Assembly: GCA_000934665.2 (NCBI GenBank)
Contig: KZ539124.1
Coordinates: forward strand, 1 to 32,669
Length of the DNA: 32,669 bases
Direction: 5' to 3'
Source of the DNA: Catajapyx aquilonaris
Lineage: Eukaryota
In this document: positions 12,167-22,946 of the stretch, piece after piece
Layout of the letters: every line of letters starts with the position of its first letter
Numbering within the stretch: position 1 is the stretch's first letter
Notes under the pieces: generated by a model
The model's database searches: none
Told to the model about the DNA's origin: nothing
The model's input: only the letters and a program-made list of their open reading frames with translations
Program-made: the position numbers and the translations under genes

Positions 12167-13413
12167 CTCACAGTACAATATGAGTAAACAGTAGCAACAA
12201 AAAGCAACAATGGAAGAAACGATGACGTCAGATCGTTGTTTGGTTTTCCGCACTTTATTTTTCCTAAAATTTGGTTTGGTGGCCATTTACAGAGAAGCCC
12301 TAAGAAGTGTTGAAAATTTGCAGGGGTGGGGCAGAAGGTTGCAGTATCTATACGACAATGGTATTGTCTGTGGTCTGAAAGGCAAACACCTTAGTCTTTT
12401 GCCATTAGCTGTCATGTCATTGGAATACATGAATAAAATGATACAATTCTGGGGAATAGACAGTAGTGCCTGCATATGGATAATTAGAATAAGTCTTATT
12501 AATATCTGACAAAGATAATTTTTTTTGTAATACCCTGTGATAAGGCCAGGGGCCTTTTTGGGGGGGGGTTGAATACCACCTTTTTTTTGTCCAAATCAAT
12601 TTTTCTGAAAAAAAATAATAATTTATCACCAGTGCAAGGAAAGATGGACATGAGGTAGGGATGGGGATTTCTGGGGAGGAGACATCTAACAAAGATACTT
12701 TTGTATTGTAAGGATTTTAGCTGAAATAATGTGAATAAGGAGTTGGTGCAATGGAATGCCTGTGCTGAGTGTATTCTGCTGCAAATGAATTGGGAACTTG
12801 TTAGTCTAATTTTTGAATCAACCGCACCTCTTTTACCCTTGCTGGATTTCTCAGAGGAACCATGTAAGTTTGGTGTGCCTATTTAATCCCAGATTTCAAA
12901 GGTCAAGGTCAGCTGGACTTTGCTTGTAGATTGTCCTCCCCTTTGAAGTCACCCTTAACTACATTTCATGTGATTTTAGAAGAACTGTTAATGCCAAAAA
13001 TGAATTTGCAGGAACATTAGCCCCATGCATTGAAAGGATTTTTTTTGTACATACAATGGCCAAAAATCTTATGTACTAAAATGAAATACTGCATAACAAA
13101 CTTCTAGCAGTGATCATTCGGAGCTAATAAGGTCACATTGAGAGTGCCACCTGTGCCTGTTATTGACTTCGGTGTACCACTTGCTATCCACACCTGCTAA
13201 TATTTTAACACTTCTGTGACCAGTTAACCAGCTGGATTCAACCTGTGCTGTACCATAGACATAGGTTTTGTCCCAAATTAAATAGGAATGGAATATGAAA
13301 TTCATACAGAATTAATGGGACTGTAAAAATTACCAGCTGTAAACAAAAGTAGTTAGATAAAAGTAGTTAGAGTAAACATTCAGGAAATAATTCATTTGGA
13401 ATATCATGTATTT

Positions 13414-13650
13414 GTGGGGAGATGAAGTGGCATCAGGGTAACGCGTGCGCCCACGGATATGAAGGTCCCGGGTTCAATCCCCACCTGGGGTTCCCACCTT
13501 TATCTGTGCAGAGTTGGGCCATCTCTGGCTTCATTTCGGGTGGAAATTTCCTAAAGACTAATCCACCCGGGGGAGTTCACAAAATGACCACTCAACGACA
13601 GCGCACATGCACTTTGCACATCCCCTCCCACCTACCCTTGGAGTAAACTA
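13414..13650 (+). mobile_element. tRNA-derived SINE-like element (ends approximate)
   Basis: A-box-like GTGGCATCAGGGTAACGCG and B-box GGGTTCAATCCC at tRNA-like spacing, followed by an unrelated body. Confidence 0.55.
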
Positions 13651-14327
13651 ATAAGATCTTCTTAACTCGCTCCAAATCAATCTCAATGGTGGTAATCCAC
13701 CCCCCCCCCCCNCCCCCCCAAGGAGTAGATAGCTCCCCCCGTGGTGTAATGCAAAAAAAAAGAAGAAGAAGAGTATTTGAGGCAATGAAATAATGAATCC
13801 AAAAAATTGACTTTTTCCAGTCTGTGCCAACAGGGCTTCAATGTGCTGGCATGCATTCATCAGTTTCTATCCATAATTCAAATTATTAGTGCAACTGAAA
13901 CATTTTCCAGTCATGCTTTATATGTGGCTTTGGAGAGAGAATTTTGAAATCCTTCTGAGACAACTCGACCCCTTGGTATTAGCCTAAACCTGGGTTCCTG
14001 GAATTCATAGGACATGCCACATGCTCAATCTGTAAAATTGGACACCTGCTATTGATTTACGAGTCCCATCTTGATTGACTGGAAAAAGAAGAGGGGNGGA
14101 GGGGTGGGGGGGGGATCAAGTAACCATGTGGCATATGGGGGAAGGACATTGGTCTTAACTGTGCAAGCTATGTTTAAAGGACACAATATTGATGACGATA
14201 ATAACAGTACTGAAAGAAGGTGCGTGTGCGTGCCCACACACATTCACATCTTTAAGTTAGCAACCATGTGTGGGAATTTTTGGTGTCTCTACTTTTAAGC
14301 TGATGCTCATGTTGTCTTCTCATGCAG

Positions 14328-14616
14328 GTTGCGTGCTTTGTCATCTAGTAATGGAGGTGGAAGTGGGTCTGGGGGAGGGAGCAGTGGTGGTGGAGGTGGG
14401 GCTAACAGCTCTCCTCCCACAACCCCGACTCCCTCCAAACCCATTGTCAGTAATCGCTACTCCAATCCTGCCACCAACATGTATGCTCGAGAAGAGATGC
14501 TGTCCTTGTTTGACAAGGATTCAAAGCCCCCAGATGACCTGCAGACCTACGCTGGGCTGTATATTGAAAAAATACAATTTCCACTTGGACTCTCGCAAAT
14601 GTCAGAGGAAGAAATG
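14328..14616 (+). CDS. GIGYF: GIGYF coding exon 2 (4EHP-binding region)
   Basis: Acceptor catgcag and donor GTAAGA. Encodes LRALS...MYAREEMLSLF...PLGLSQMSEEEM, matching the GIGYF 4EHP-binding motif region. Confidence 0.95.
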
Positions 14617-15101
14617 GTAAGAACCAAGTTCCTGAATTGAAATGTAGATCTCTGCAGTTCATGTGTTGTTTATTAAGCCCTGGTCCACTACTTAGAACAG
14701 GTCACAGGTTTTAACAATTCTGCACAATTATTTGGAGCACTTTAAATGATTAAAATGATGGGGTCTATCTGCAGAGGCTTTAAAAAACTGTAGAAACCTC
14801 ACAAAGCCTCCAAATTCTAAGTTAGGTAATACTGATTTACATTGGCAGGTGGGAGAAGGCTGGATCTATTGGGTTGTCCGGTTTTTAAAACTAACTCCAG
14901 TCAAACTGTAGAGCTATTTCTCCAAAGATTTTGTGTTTCCCAGAATGCTGGCTCTCCCTTTCCAACAGGGAAGCAAAATTATTAGGATGGCCTAAGTGGT
15001 GACTTTGCAATCATAATTGCATTGTATGAGGGTGGGTTATAGTTCAAGCTGTAATAATATTTGTAACACCTTAGATACCATAATATTAATTTCACTTGCA
15101 G

Positions 15102-15527
15102 CGAATGTGGCAGCGTTGTGTGAACAGCGATGCAGTCCTTCGTCTCATGGGACGGGGAGGGGGTGGGGTTGGGGGAGGGACTGGAGGAGGGCCTATTGGT
15201 GGAGGAGGGACTATGAGAGGAGGAGCTGGCATTGGAGGAGGGGCTAGAGGGGGTGGAGTTCCTGGATTGGGGGCAGGTCTTGGGGTAGGAGGAGCTGAGA
15301 GGGGGAGGGGGCGGACCCGCCTGGGCGACCGAGGTGGGGCGTCTGGGTCTGGTGGCGGATCTGGAGGCGGAACTGGTGGTGAGAGAGGAGGGGGATTTTT
15401 TACCAGGGCTATGAGCTATGAGGATGATCCTGATCCCCTGGTTGGTGGATCGAGACGAGGCGATCGAGATGGATCATCTACAGGTGGTTTCTCTCGAGTG
15501 GGGAGAGCAGGATTTGAGAGGACACAG
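15102..15527 (+). CDS. GIGYF: GIGYF coding exon 3 (VNSDAVLRL + Gly/RGG-rich)
   Basis: Acceptor cttgcag and donor GTAAGA, phase 0/0. Contains the conserved VNSxAVLRL motif. Confidence 0.93.
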
Positions 15528-16033
15528 GTAAGAACAGCATTGTGGAAAAAAGAAGTGCTCTTATATCAGTATTTGTCTGACTGATATGTGAACTTTGATG
15601 TATCCAGCAGGCTTCTGAAATCACTCATGTCTGTTACATTGCACCTGAAGTTTCATATTCCTGTATAGTGTGGCATGGTGTTTCTCTTGTGATGCATTAT
15701 TCACTTGCGAACTGGATAGTTTTGCCTATTTAATCCTGCACAAAGAGACTCAAGTATTAATTAACTCCTGTAATGATTTTATTTGTGGCTTATACATAGG
15801 CTGTTGCCTCCATCCTCAGCCCTACTTGCTGTGCTAAGAGGCCCAATTTGCTAAAATACCGTACCCTGCCTTTAATGAAAAATGGTGTTCTGACTACTCA
15901 AACTGACATTAGATGTAGGCCCATATTAGTTTTACCCTTCACCCTCTGCCTGGGTTAGGAAATTGTAGTTTCCATGTGTGAGTTACTGGTTTTCTGGAAG
16001 TGTGGAGATTATTCGAAGAGGTTTGCTTTGCAG

Positions 16034-16280
16034 AGCTTGCACGAGCGTGGATGGAGTGAACGCAATGGCTTAGATGAGTGGAACGGAGGGCTTGGGAGGA
16101 AGGAGTTTGGCAGGGCACCTCTTGACAACTGGAGAGCAAGAGAAGCGCGAGAGAAGGAAGGAAAAGAAGGAGGTGTGGGCGGAGGATCACCTGGGGCAGG
16201 AGGATCTGCAGGGGGTGCTAGTGGAGGAAAGGAACCAGATGAAGATGGATGGAGAACATCAGGAAGGGGAGATAAGTGGG
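16034..16280 (+). CDS. GIGYF: GIGYF coding exon 4
   Basis: Acceptor tttgcag and donor GTGAGT, phase 0/1. Contains DNWR and DEDGWR motifs typical of the family. Confidence 0.9.
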
Positions 16281-16496
16281 GTGAGTAAACTAGATGTGAG
16301 ACAAGTAATCCTGCAAAATGACCATATCTTTTTTTATTTATATTTTTGAAATGTGTTGTTAAACATAATTTACATTTGAATTAGAAATTAGGAAATTGGC
16401 ATGTTTTGCCTGACGATGATTTTTTTTCCTTGTGTATATTTGTTGCGATGTGTAAGTCGTAAGTGCTGTATTCAACAATGTAGTAATTGTTCGCAG

Positions 16497-16872
16497 GTCG
16501 TCCTGGGTGGCGTTCAGAAAGAGGGAATGACCACTTGCGAGAAAAAGACTTAAGTGAACACCTCCATTCACAACACAATCGCCATACATCTGGGGGAGGT
16601 GGAGAAGAAGAGTGGGGAGAAGGTGGGAATGCAGGTGGGAGAGGAGGACATCAGGATCATCATTCACAGCAAAATGGGGAATTTCTGGAGGATGGGACGG
16701 AGAAGGTGTCAGTGGTTGCTTGTGTTGAAAAAGGAGACGTTGGAAAGGGGAGGGGTGGAAGTGCTGTAGCAGGGAGGGGAGGGACTGGGGAGAGGAGAGT
16801 GTGGAGGGAGTCATGGAACAATCCAAGGCCCAACTGGAGATCATGGGATGATCAGGACCAGCTTCCAGAGTG
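16497..16872 (+). CDS. GIGYF: GIGYF coding exon 5 (ends LPE-W)
   Basis: Acceptor ttcgcag and donor GTTAGT, phase 1/2. Ends in the conserved LPEW. Confidence 0.9.
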
Positions 16873-16932
16873 GTTAGTTAGCCATAGGGTGTGATGTAGG
16901 AGTTATGAATTTAACAAACTATTTTATTCTAG

Positions 16933-17011
16933 GGTAACGGAGGACCCTGGACAAGAAGGTGGAAGCTTCGATGCTTCTGGTGCCTTTCACGGAGGTGTGG
17001 CCATGGAAGAG
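16933..17011 (+). CDS. GIGYF: GIGYF coding exon 6 (GSFDASGAF, DDX6/Me31B-binding region)
   Basis: Follows a 60-nt intron (acceptor ttattctag) and encodes (W)VTEDPGQEGGSFDASGAFHGGVAMEE. The donor GAG|GTATAT gives phase 0, as the next exon requires. Confidence 0.88.
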
Positions 17012-17075
17012 GTATATTTTTTCGTAACTTGATGTGCTGTTTCACAAATGAGGCGCCTTCTTCCAAATTGCATCT

Positions 17076-17189
17076 TACTGCTAGCGACATTTTCGGAAGC
17101 GGCAGAAGAAGGAATCTTGATAGCATGGCTCACACTATCCATTGCTTTGATTCGGTCTTCTGCCACTTCAGAAAATGTTGCTAGCAGTA
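17076..17189. repeat. Intronic inverted repeat (34-bp stem, 46-nt loop)
   Basis: TACTGCTAGCGACATTTTCGGAAGCGGCAGAAGA pairs with TCTTCTGCCACTTCAGAAAATGTTGCTAGCAGTA, with 3 differences. Confidence 0.9.
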
Positions 17190-17330
17190 CGACGCGATTA
17201 ATGTCGAACACTGTACACCACCTATGTTTTGGATCTTGTGGTCCTGAATATGGCTAGCTTGCAGTAGAGAAAGATTTATGAATTGAGACTGATGTAGCAA
17301 CAACAGTTCAAGTCGTACTAGGCTTCCAAC

Positions 17331-17650
17331 CAGGCGCGGATCCAGAAATGTTTTCAGGGGGGGGCACAAGGGTATAGTGCATGCAGAAATTTATCTTGGG
17401 GGTGGGGGTGGAGGGCCCGCCGCAGGCGAAAATTTTTTCCAGTTCAAGGTCACAACCCTTCCTCGCGACCCCAAATTTGGGGTCGCGACCGCATAACGGA
17501 AAAGAACCCATAGAACAGTGCAATTTTGCACTGTTCTAGAGGGATTTTGCGAGTTTCCCACCCGTTTTTTTCTATTTTTTTCCGTTTTTTTTCTTCCGGG
17601 GGAGCTCAGGGGGGGGCAATTGCCCGATTGCCCCNCTGGATCCGCGCCTG
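17331..17650. mobile_element. Young hAT-type MITE
   Basis: Perfect 15-bp TIRs CAGGCGCGGATCCAG and CTGGATCCGCGCCTG, with 8-bp TSD CTTCCAAC (17323-17330, 17651-17658). Confidence 0.95.
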
Positions 17651-17689
17651 CTTCCAACAACATGTCACTGAATTGTTGCTTTTTTGCAG

Positions 17690-18520
17690 GGTAAGAGGAG
17701 TCCAGTTCGGCAGAGGCATTCCAGTAGTCATCGAGTACAGCAGCAGCAGCCACAGGAACCACCTGTTCCACCTGCTACTATTTCAGCCCCTGTAACTGTT
17801 TCAGCTCCAGCCCCAACTCCTCTCCCGTCACAGACACAACAATCATTGCCTCCCACCTCACCCACCCCAGCACAACCCGCACCACCTCCGTCCCAGCTTG
17901 CCAAGCAGCCCGTCCAGCATCCAAGTGAACCTGCCCCATCCCCTGTAGTCACTTCTGCCCCTCCTCCTCCTGCCCCATGTGTTGTGCCAGCATTAGGACG
18001 ACCACGACACCCAAGTGAAGGGAACCAAATGCCAGAAATTCCCATAGACCAAATTCACGCTGTTCCTCAAGAACCAGCAGGCAGGGGAGCAAGATCCATG
18101 ATGGCAGGAGTTGCTGCTACAATCCCAAGGAGGAGATCAGAGGATGACAACATGGACCATCTGAGGGAAGTTACAGACAATCTGGTGGCTAAACTCATGG
18201 AGGAGGAAGACCCTGCAAACGCTGCAGCATTGGCGGCAGCGGCAGTTGTACCTCATGGTGGTAGTGCGGCAGCCACTTCATCCTCCTCTCCAGTGCAAGC
18301 AACTTCAAGCATAGACAGGTGGTACTACAGGGACCCGCAGGGTGAGATTCAAGGTCCATTTAGTCCTGGAGAGATGTTTGACTGGTTCAATGCCGGATAT
18401 TTTACCATGAACCTGATGGTACGACGGGAATGTGATGAGAGGTTTGCGCAGCTTGGGGACCTGATTGACCTGTGGAAAAGGGTTCCCTTCTTGCCTGGAC
18501 CAGCACTGCCACCTCTCAAG
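17690..18520 (+). CDS. GIGYF: GIGYF coding exon 7 (Pro-rich region + GYF domain)
   Basis: GYF domain WYYRDPQGEIQGPFSPGEMFDWFNAGYF...RVPF at about 18320-18490. Acceptor tttttgcag and donor AAG|GTGAGT. Confidence 0.97.
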
Positions 18521-18829
18521 GTGAGTGACATTAGAAATGAACCATCACAGCTTCAGTTGTAAAATGCAGTCTTATATAACTGACTGTATTGTTAAGAAAA
18601 AGCAGTGTTATCAATATTCTGCATCATTAGGGCATCATCTTGGCAATGCTTTTGGCTTCAACATACACAGGCTGATCTATCCCATAAACATGTTGCTAGA
18701 GACAGGTCAAAATGACCTTCAAAAACTTTTGTGAATGGCGAGATGGTTCTTTAGTTGTCTATCTGTCTATTCCTTGGACTTATCCCCTTGCCAAGAAAGT
18801 GAGAGTCACATTTTAAAATAGATAATCAA

Positions 18830-19270
18830 GGGAGGCATTGCACTTGAGCTTTCCACCTCAGGTCCTGAGTCTGATCCCCAGATTGGACACAGGATTTTCT
18901 CAAGTGGTAGTTTGAGCAATTGTGGGAGCAACAGGGTATTACAATTGAGTCCATATCATTTCTTAATAACTTAATAACCTAATAAATTGTTGTTCTTAAT
19001 AAATTATCCTCCCTTGGTTTTGCAGCCCAGTGATGCCATGGCTAATGCCCCAGTCTTTGACCTCGGAGATCCCGCTTTCTATCCCCAGGTCAGACAGGAT
19101 TTTCTATTGTAGAAAGAGTTTTGATGGGATCTCTCTAAGTTTCTTGGGTTTTCTTGGCCAGTTCTTCTGTTTCCTCCACATATCAAAATTCATGATAGCA
19201 CAGGCAATGATTAGCCTAATGTTGGATGAATGGTGACCGGTCTTCCGCAGGCTAAGAAATTAATTATACT
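18830..19270 (+). mobile_element. Two adjacent decayed SINE-like fragments
   Basis: Both share ATCCCCAG...ACAGGATTTTCT (near 18875-18900 and 19081-19105) after degenerate tRNA-like heads. Confidence 0.4.
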
Positions 19271-19538
19271 AACTTAGTTTTTAACTGTTGAAGTGACATT
19301 TGAGCCAGCTCTTGAGCTTCTGAAAGTTACTAAGCTGGGCTTGTTTGGTGAGCAGTTTTATGTCATGAAATTAGGGAACAACTTATAATACTGGATAGAT
19401 TTTGTCTGGAACCAAGATGTTGCCTTTTTTTTGCAGCTGGTGTGAGTGAGCTAGGAATGTTAAGATGAAAGCCCTGACAGGCAATGCTAACTCTTTTTTT
19501 TCCAGATTAAAGACTCATTTGTGGAATGTTATTTGCAG

Positions 19539-19639
19539 AATGACCCTGTGCAAGCTGCATTTCCAGACAAGATTTTGGCCCTGCATCAGCAACACTACTT
19601 ACAGCAGCAAGCTTTGCAGCAACACCACCTGTACGTTAG
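19539..19639 (+). CDS. GIGYF: GIGYF coding exon 8 (Q/H-rich)
   Basis: Acceptor atttgcag and donor AG|GTAATT. Encodes NDPVQAAFPDKILALHQQHYLQQQALQQHHLYV(R); phase 0/2 bridges its neighbours. Confidence 0.85.
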
Positions 19640-19720
19640 GTAATTGGGGATTAGATAGTGTTAGACTCTTGAGTGGTGGAATCACAAGAACTTGTGCAGC
19701 TGAAGCTCAGCATGTTCCGT

Positions 19721-19895
19721 TAAGGAGCCTAGATGTGGGTGGTTTTAGCATTAGCTTTAGTCTTAAGAATATGCCAATTGTCTCAGGCCCTCCCTACTTC
19801 ATTCCACCAAAGGACGGAGTGGCACACTCTGATTGGCAGGTCCTTAAGATTAAGACTAAAAGAAGTGTTAAAACTGCTCTTGTGTAGACCACTTA
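19721..19895. mobile_element. Old degenerate MITE
   Basis: Imperfect 46-nt inverted ends (..GTTTTAGCATTAGCTTTAGTCTTAA and TTAAGACTAAAAGAAGTGTTAAAAC..), with TTAA context at both ends. Confidence 0.5.
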
Positions 19896-20751
19896 ACTTT
19901 CCACCACCAGCAAAAAGTACCCACAGTGACTGATGTTACTCACAAACTAGTATGACAGGCCCTTTAACAACAGAAAAGAAACACAAACGAATATCAGGAA
20001 AATAATATAATAAATTTGATTAGCCATATTGAAGATGCCATGCAAGTTACCAATAACCTAAATGGTGAAATATGAAGAATGCCATACCACTAGTTTCTTG
20101 AAATGTTTAAAAACCATAAGTTTATTGTTCCCTACCTGGACTGTATTACAACCACACATCATTGTTTCATCAATTTTCAAACAATTTTTTCATGAACCAA
20201 CCAGAGAATGATTCTGAAAGTTAAGTAATTCTGAAAGTCCATGTTGAGATTGGAGTACAACAAACATCTAGGGTACCCACTCCTCGTGGCAAGCTGTAGC
20301 AGTATTTTTTGATGTTTACTAGTCTGGCCCAGCAGCTTCTCCATGGCAACGTGTAGTGGTTTCTGACAAAATCTGATTCCAGTGGTTGCCAAATTGCTTT
20401 CACCTGATTGCCCGTCTGTTTTCAGCCAGTTTCTGACTGACATTCTGCATTGGTTACAACAGTTGATAGCTCTCTTCTTTTCCTTTTTGTAAACTTCTCT
20501 TGCACTGGCTGCTTACTTTTTCTGGTGGATGTATTCATGTTATACTCACGGATTGAAAGGATGTGTTCCAGGATCGATTTTGTTGCTGTGGGCAGTAATT
20601 TTTATTGGAAATGGCAGGAAATATTACCTGAAGCAAAAGTGCAGATAAGTTTTTTTACATGTTTTCTGAGCTGTTACAATCAGGATGTGAAATTGGTGAA
20701 TTAGAATTTTTCAACGTAAGTGGCCCCAGGAGGAAATTAGGTCAGTAATGT

Positions 20752-20972
20752 GTTTCACAATATCGAATTTTTATAGCAGTCATCTATTAGTCGCATGTTG
20801 TGCACTACAACTGTCATTCAGTAAAATTTGTGCATGTGCAGTCATTTTGACCATCTGTACCCCTCACCAGTTGCTGCATTGTGCAACCAGCATTGTCCAA
20901 TCATCGTTCTCATTGAGTGTCAGTTGCAGTGTACACTGTCAAAATCAGTGCCTATCAAAATTGGTCGTGATA
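20752..20972. repeat. Old degenerate inverted-repeat element
   Basis: TGCACTACAACTGTCATTCAGT pairs imperfectly with ATTGAGTGTCAGTTGCAGTGTA, and the outer arms also partly match. Confidence 0.45.
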
Positions 20973-20994
20973 CAACAGCTGTAAAAATAGAAAT

Positions 20995-21702
20995 AAAAAG
21001 TCCTGCACCATACAATGGGGAACTAGCCTTGGTCTGGGATTTGGGATTTTTGTTCGTAACTAGCTAGCCCATGCCCGTAAACATACATTCCATCACTCTG
21101 TTGCATCAAAATGACATTACTGGATAAATTACGGCACATTTAAAAGTGCCTTCAAAATTGGCGGGAAAAACGCGGAGGCCAATCGAAAGGGTACACCGAA
21201 ATGCCTGGTTGACTGCGAGATATGAGGAATTTGACTTTGAATTAACCGCGGACGCGACGGAAAGCATTCGTAAGGCGGCTGTAGGCCATCGAGGTGGAGA
21301 AAAGGGGGCCTTCATGTGCCGAATTCGGGTGACAGATGATTCCTGCCAGTTGGCACCACTGTCAACCCCTAAGCTGATTGAGCGGCGTGAAGTAAAAACG
21401 CTCCCCGGCCGCTATCTTGCTCACGGAATGGGACGGTTGCTAACAACAGCGAAGCATTTTACAACAATGACGGGGCGCGTTCTATAACACCATATTTGCG
21501 TTCATTTCACTTCGCGTGACGTCAACATTTTCAAGGGAAACAGTGACGTCACCATTTCCCTACATAAAAACCCCAATTACTCCGGAACGGGAACTGATAT
21601 CTTAAAACGGAATATGCCAAAAAAATCCAAAAAATATGGGCGAATTTACTATGTAGTTTCCAAAATGAAGGCTAGTTCCCCATTTTCTCATGGGGCCTTT
21701 AA
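20995..21702. mobile_element. CpG-rich non-autonomous DNA transposon (Kolobok-like)
   Basis: Perfect 17-bp subterminal IR AATGGGGAACTAGCCTT (21014-21030) and AAGGCTAGTTCCCCATT (21668-21684). The right end is GGCCTTTAA and there are two internal GTGACGTCA motifs. The superfamily is inferred. Confidence 0.7.
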
Positions 21703-22004
21703 AAGTTGCAAAATTGCTATTACCAATTTCACACTCTGATTTTCAAAATTTGGAGAAGTCTTGGGAAAATAAGCTATTTTTTTTTTTTCTTCTTCTGATA
21801 TTATATTTCCTACCATATCCTCTTGCTTTGCATGCAGCAACATAATTGATCATGGAACACATCATTTGGTAACGCAAGTTCTTGTTGATGCTCAAGTGCA
21901 TGGGAATCAGCTATTTATATGAATGTAGGTACAGAGGAAGTCCCCAGTCTACAAACAGGGATACGTCCCCGAGAATGTCTTAAGTTGGATTTGTATGTAA
22001 CTCA

Positions 22005-22913
22005 CAAGGGAACCTCGAAGTGCTACTCGGACTTCATGTTCAAATAATTTTTTGGGGTTCCTTACCTGCTTGGACAAAAGTACCCTTCCATAGAAATCCT
22101 CAATCTCAAGTGGTTTTGTGAAACGGGGGTCAGAAATGGGACACTTTATGAGAGGCCCTGAGGAAGCTATCATCATTGCTATCAGAGAGATATTAGGTAC
22201 TTAGCAGTTTTTTGGGATGGGAAACATAATAGCTGAGCTGGAAATGGTTAATTACCCAAATTAAGGGTACTTGTCAGGGGGAGGGATGGGGAAGGTCGGG
22301 GGCAAAATAATTTATTCAAAATCTGTACCTTCAACGGGTGGTAGGGTGTCCGTATGGAAGAAGCATTGCATGGGTCCGAAAGCCAGCGACAATCTGTTCT
22401 GGAGATGTCGACCCAGGGGCTCCAACTGCCTGGCTCTGGCCACAAGCAGTGCAGGCATGTACACTTGCAAGGATGGACATCATCGATGTCAAAGGTTGAC
22501 ATCTCCAAAGCAGATCGCGCTGGCCTTTAGGACCCATGCCATGCTTCTTCCATATGCACATCCTACCACCCGATGAAAGTACCAATTTTAAATAACTTTT
22601 TGTGCTACCCACCTTCCCCATCCAGCCCCCTGAGAAGTACCCTTAATGTGCGTAATTAACAATTTCCGGCTTGGCCATTATGCTCCCCATCCCAAAAAAC
22701 TGCTAAGTACCAAATATCTTGCTGATAGCACTGATGATAGCTTCCTCCGGGCCTTTCATAAAGTGTCCCATTTTTGACCGTCTAACCCCCGTTTCTCAAA
22801 AACGCTTGAGATTGAGGATTTCTCCGGAAGGGCACTTTCTTCCTAGCAGGAAAGGAACCTGAAAAAATTTATTTGAACATGACGTCCAAGTAGCACTTCG
22901 AGAGGTTCCCTTG
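22005..22913. mobile_element. Foldback element, about 410-bp inverted arms with 80-nt spacer
   Basis: 22005-22413 is the diverged reverse complement of 22494-22913, mirrored in the ORF track as FRTHAMLLPYxHPTTR on both strands. Termini CAAGGGAACCTC and GAGGTTCCCTTG are flanked by TCA on both sides. Confidence 0.93.
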
Positions 22914-22946
22914 TCAGATCCCCGATGAACTGGGTATATAACTAGA

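Noticed and set aside
10330..12540. TACAGGGTG at about 10330 and ACCCTGT at about 12535 as ends of one large mariner-like MITE
   Set aside because: The match is too short to establish a TIR pair.
21146..22621. ORFs inside the Kolobok-like and foldback elements
   Set aside because: They have no transposase motifs, and the mirrored peptides are a by-product of the inverted repeats.
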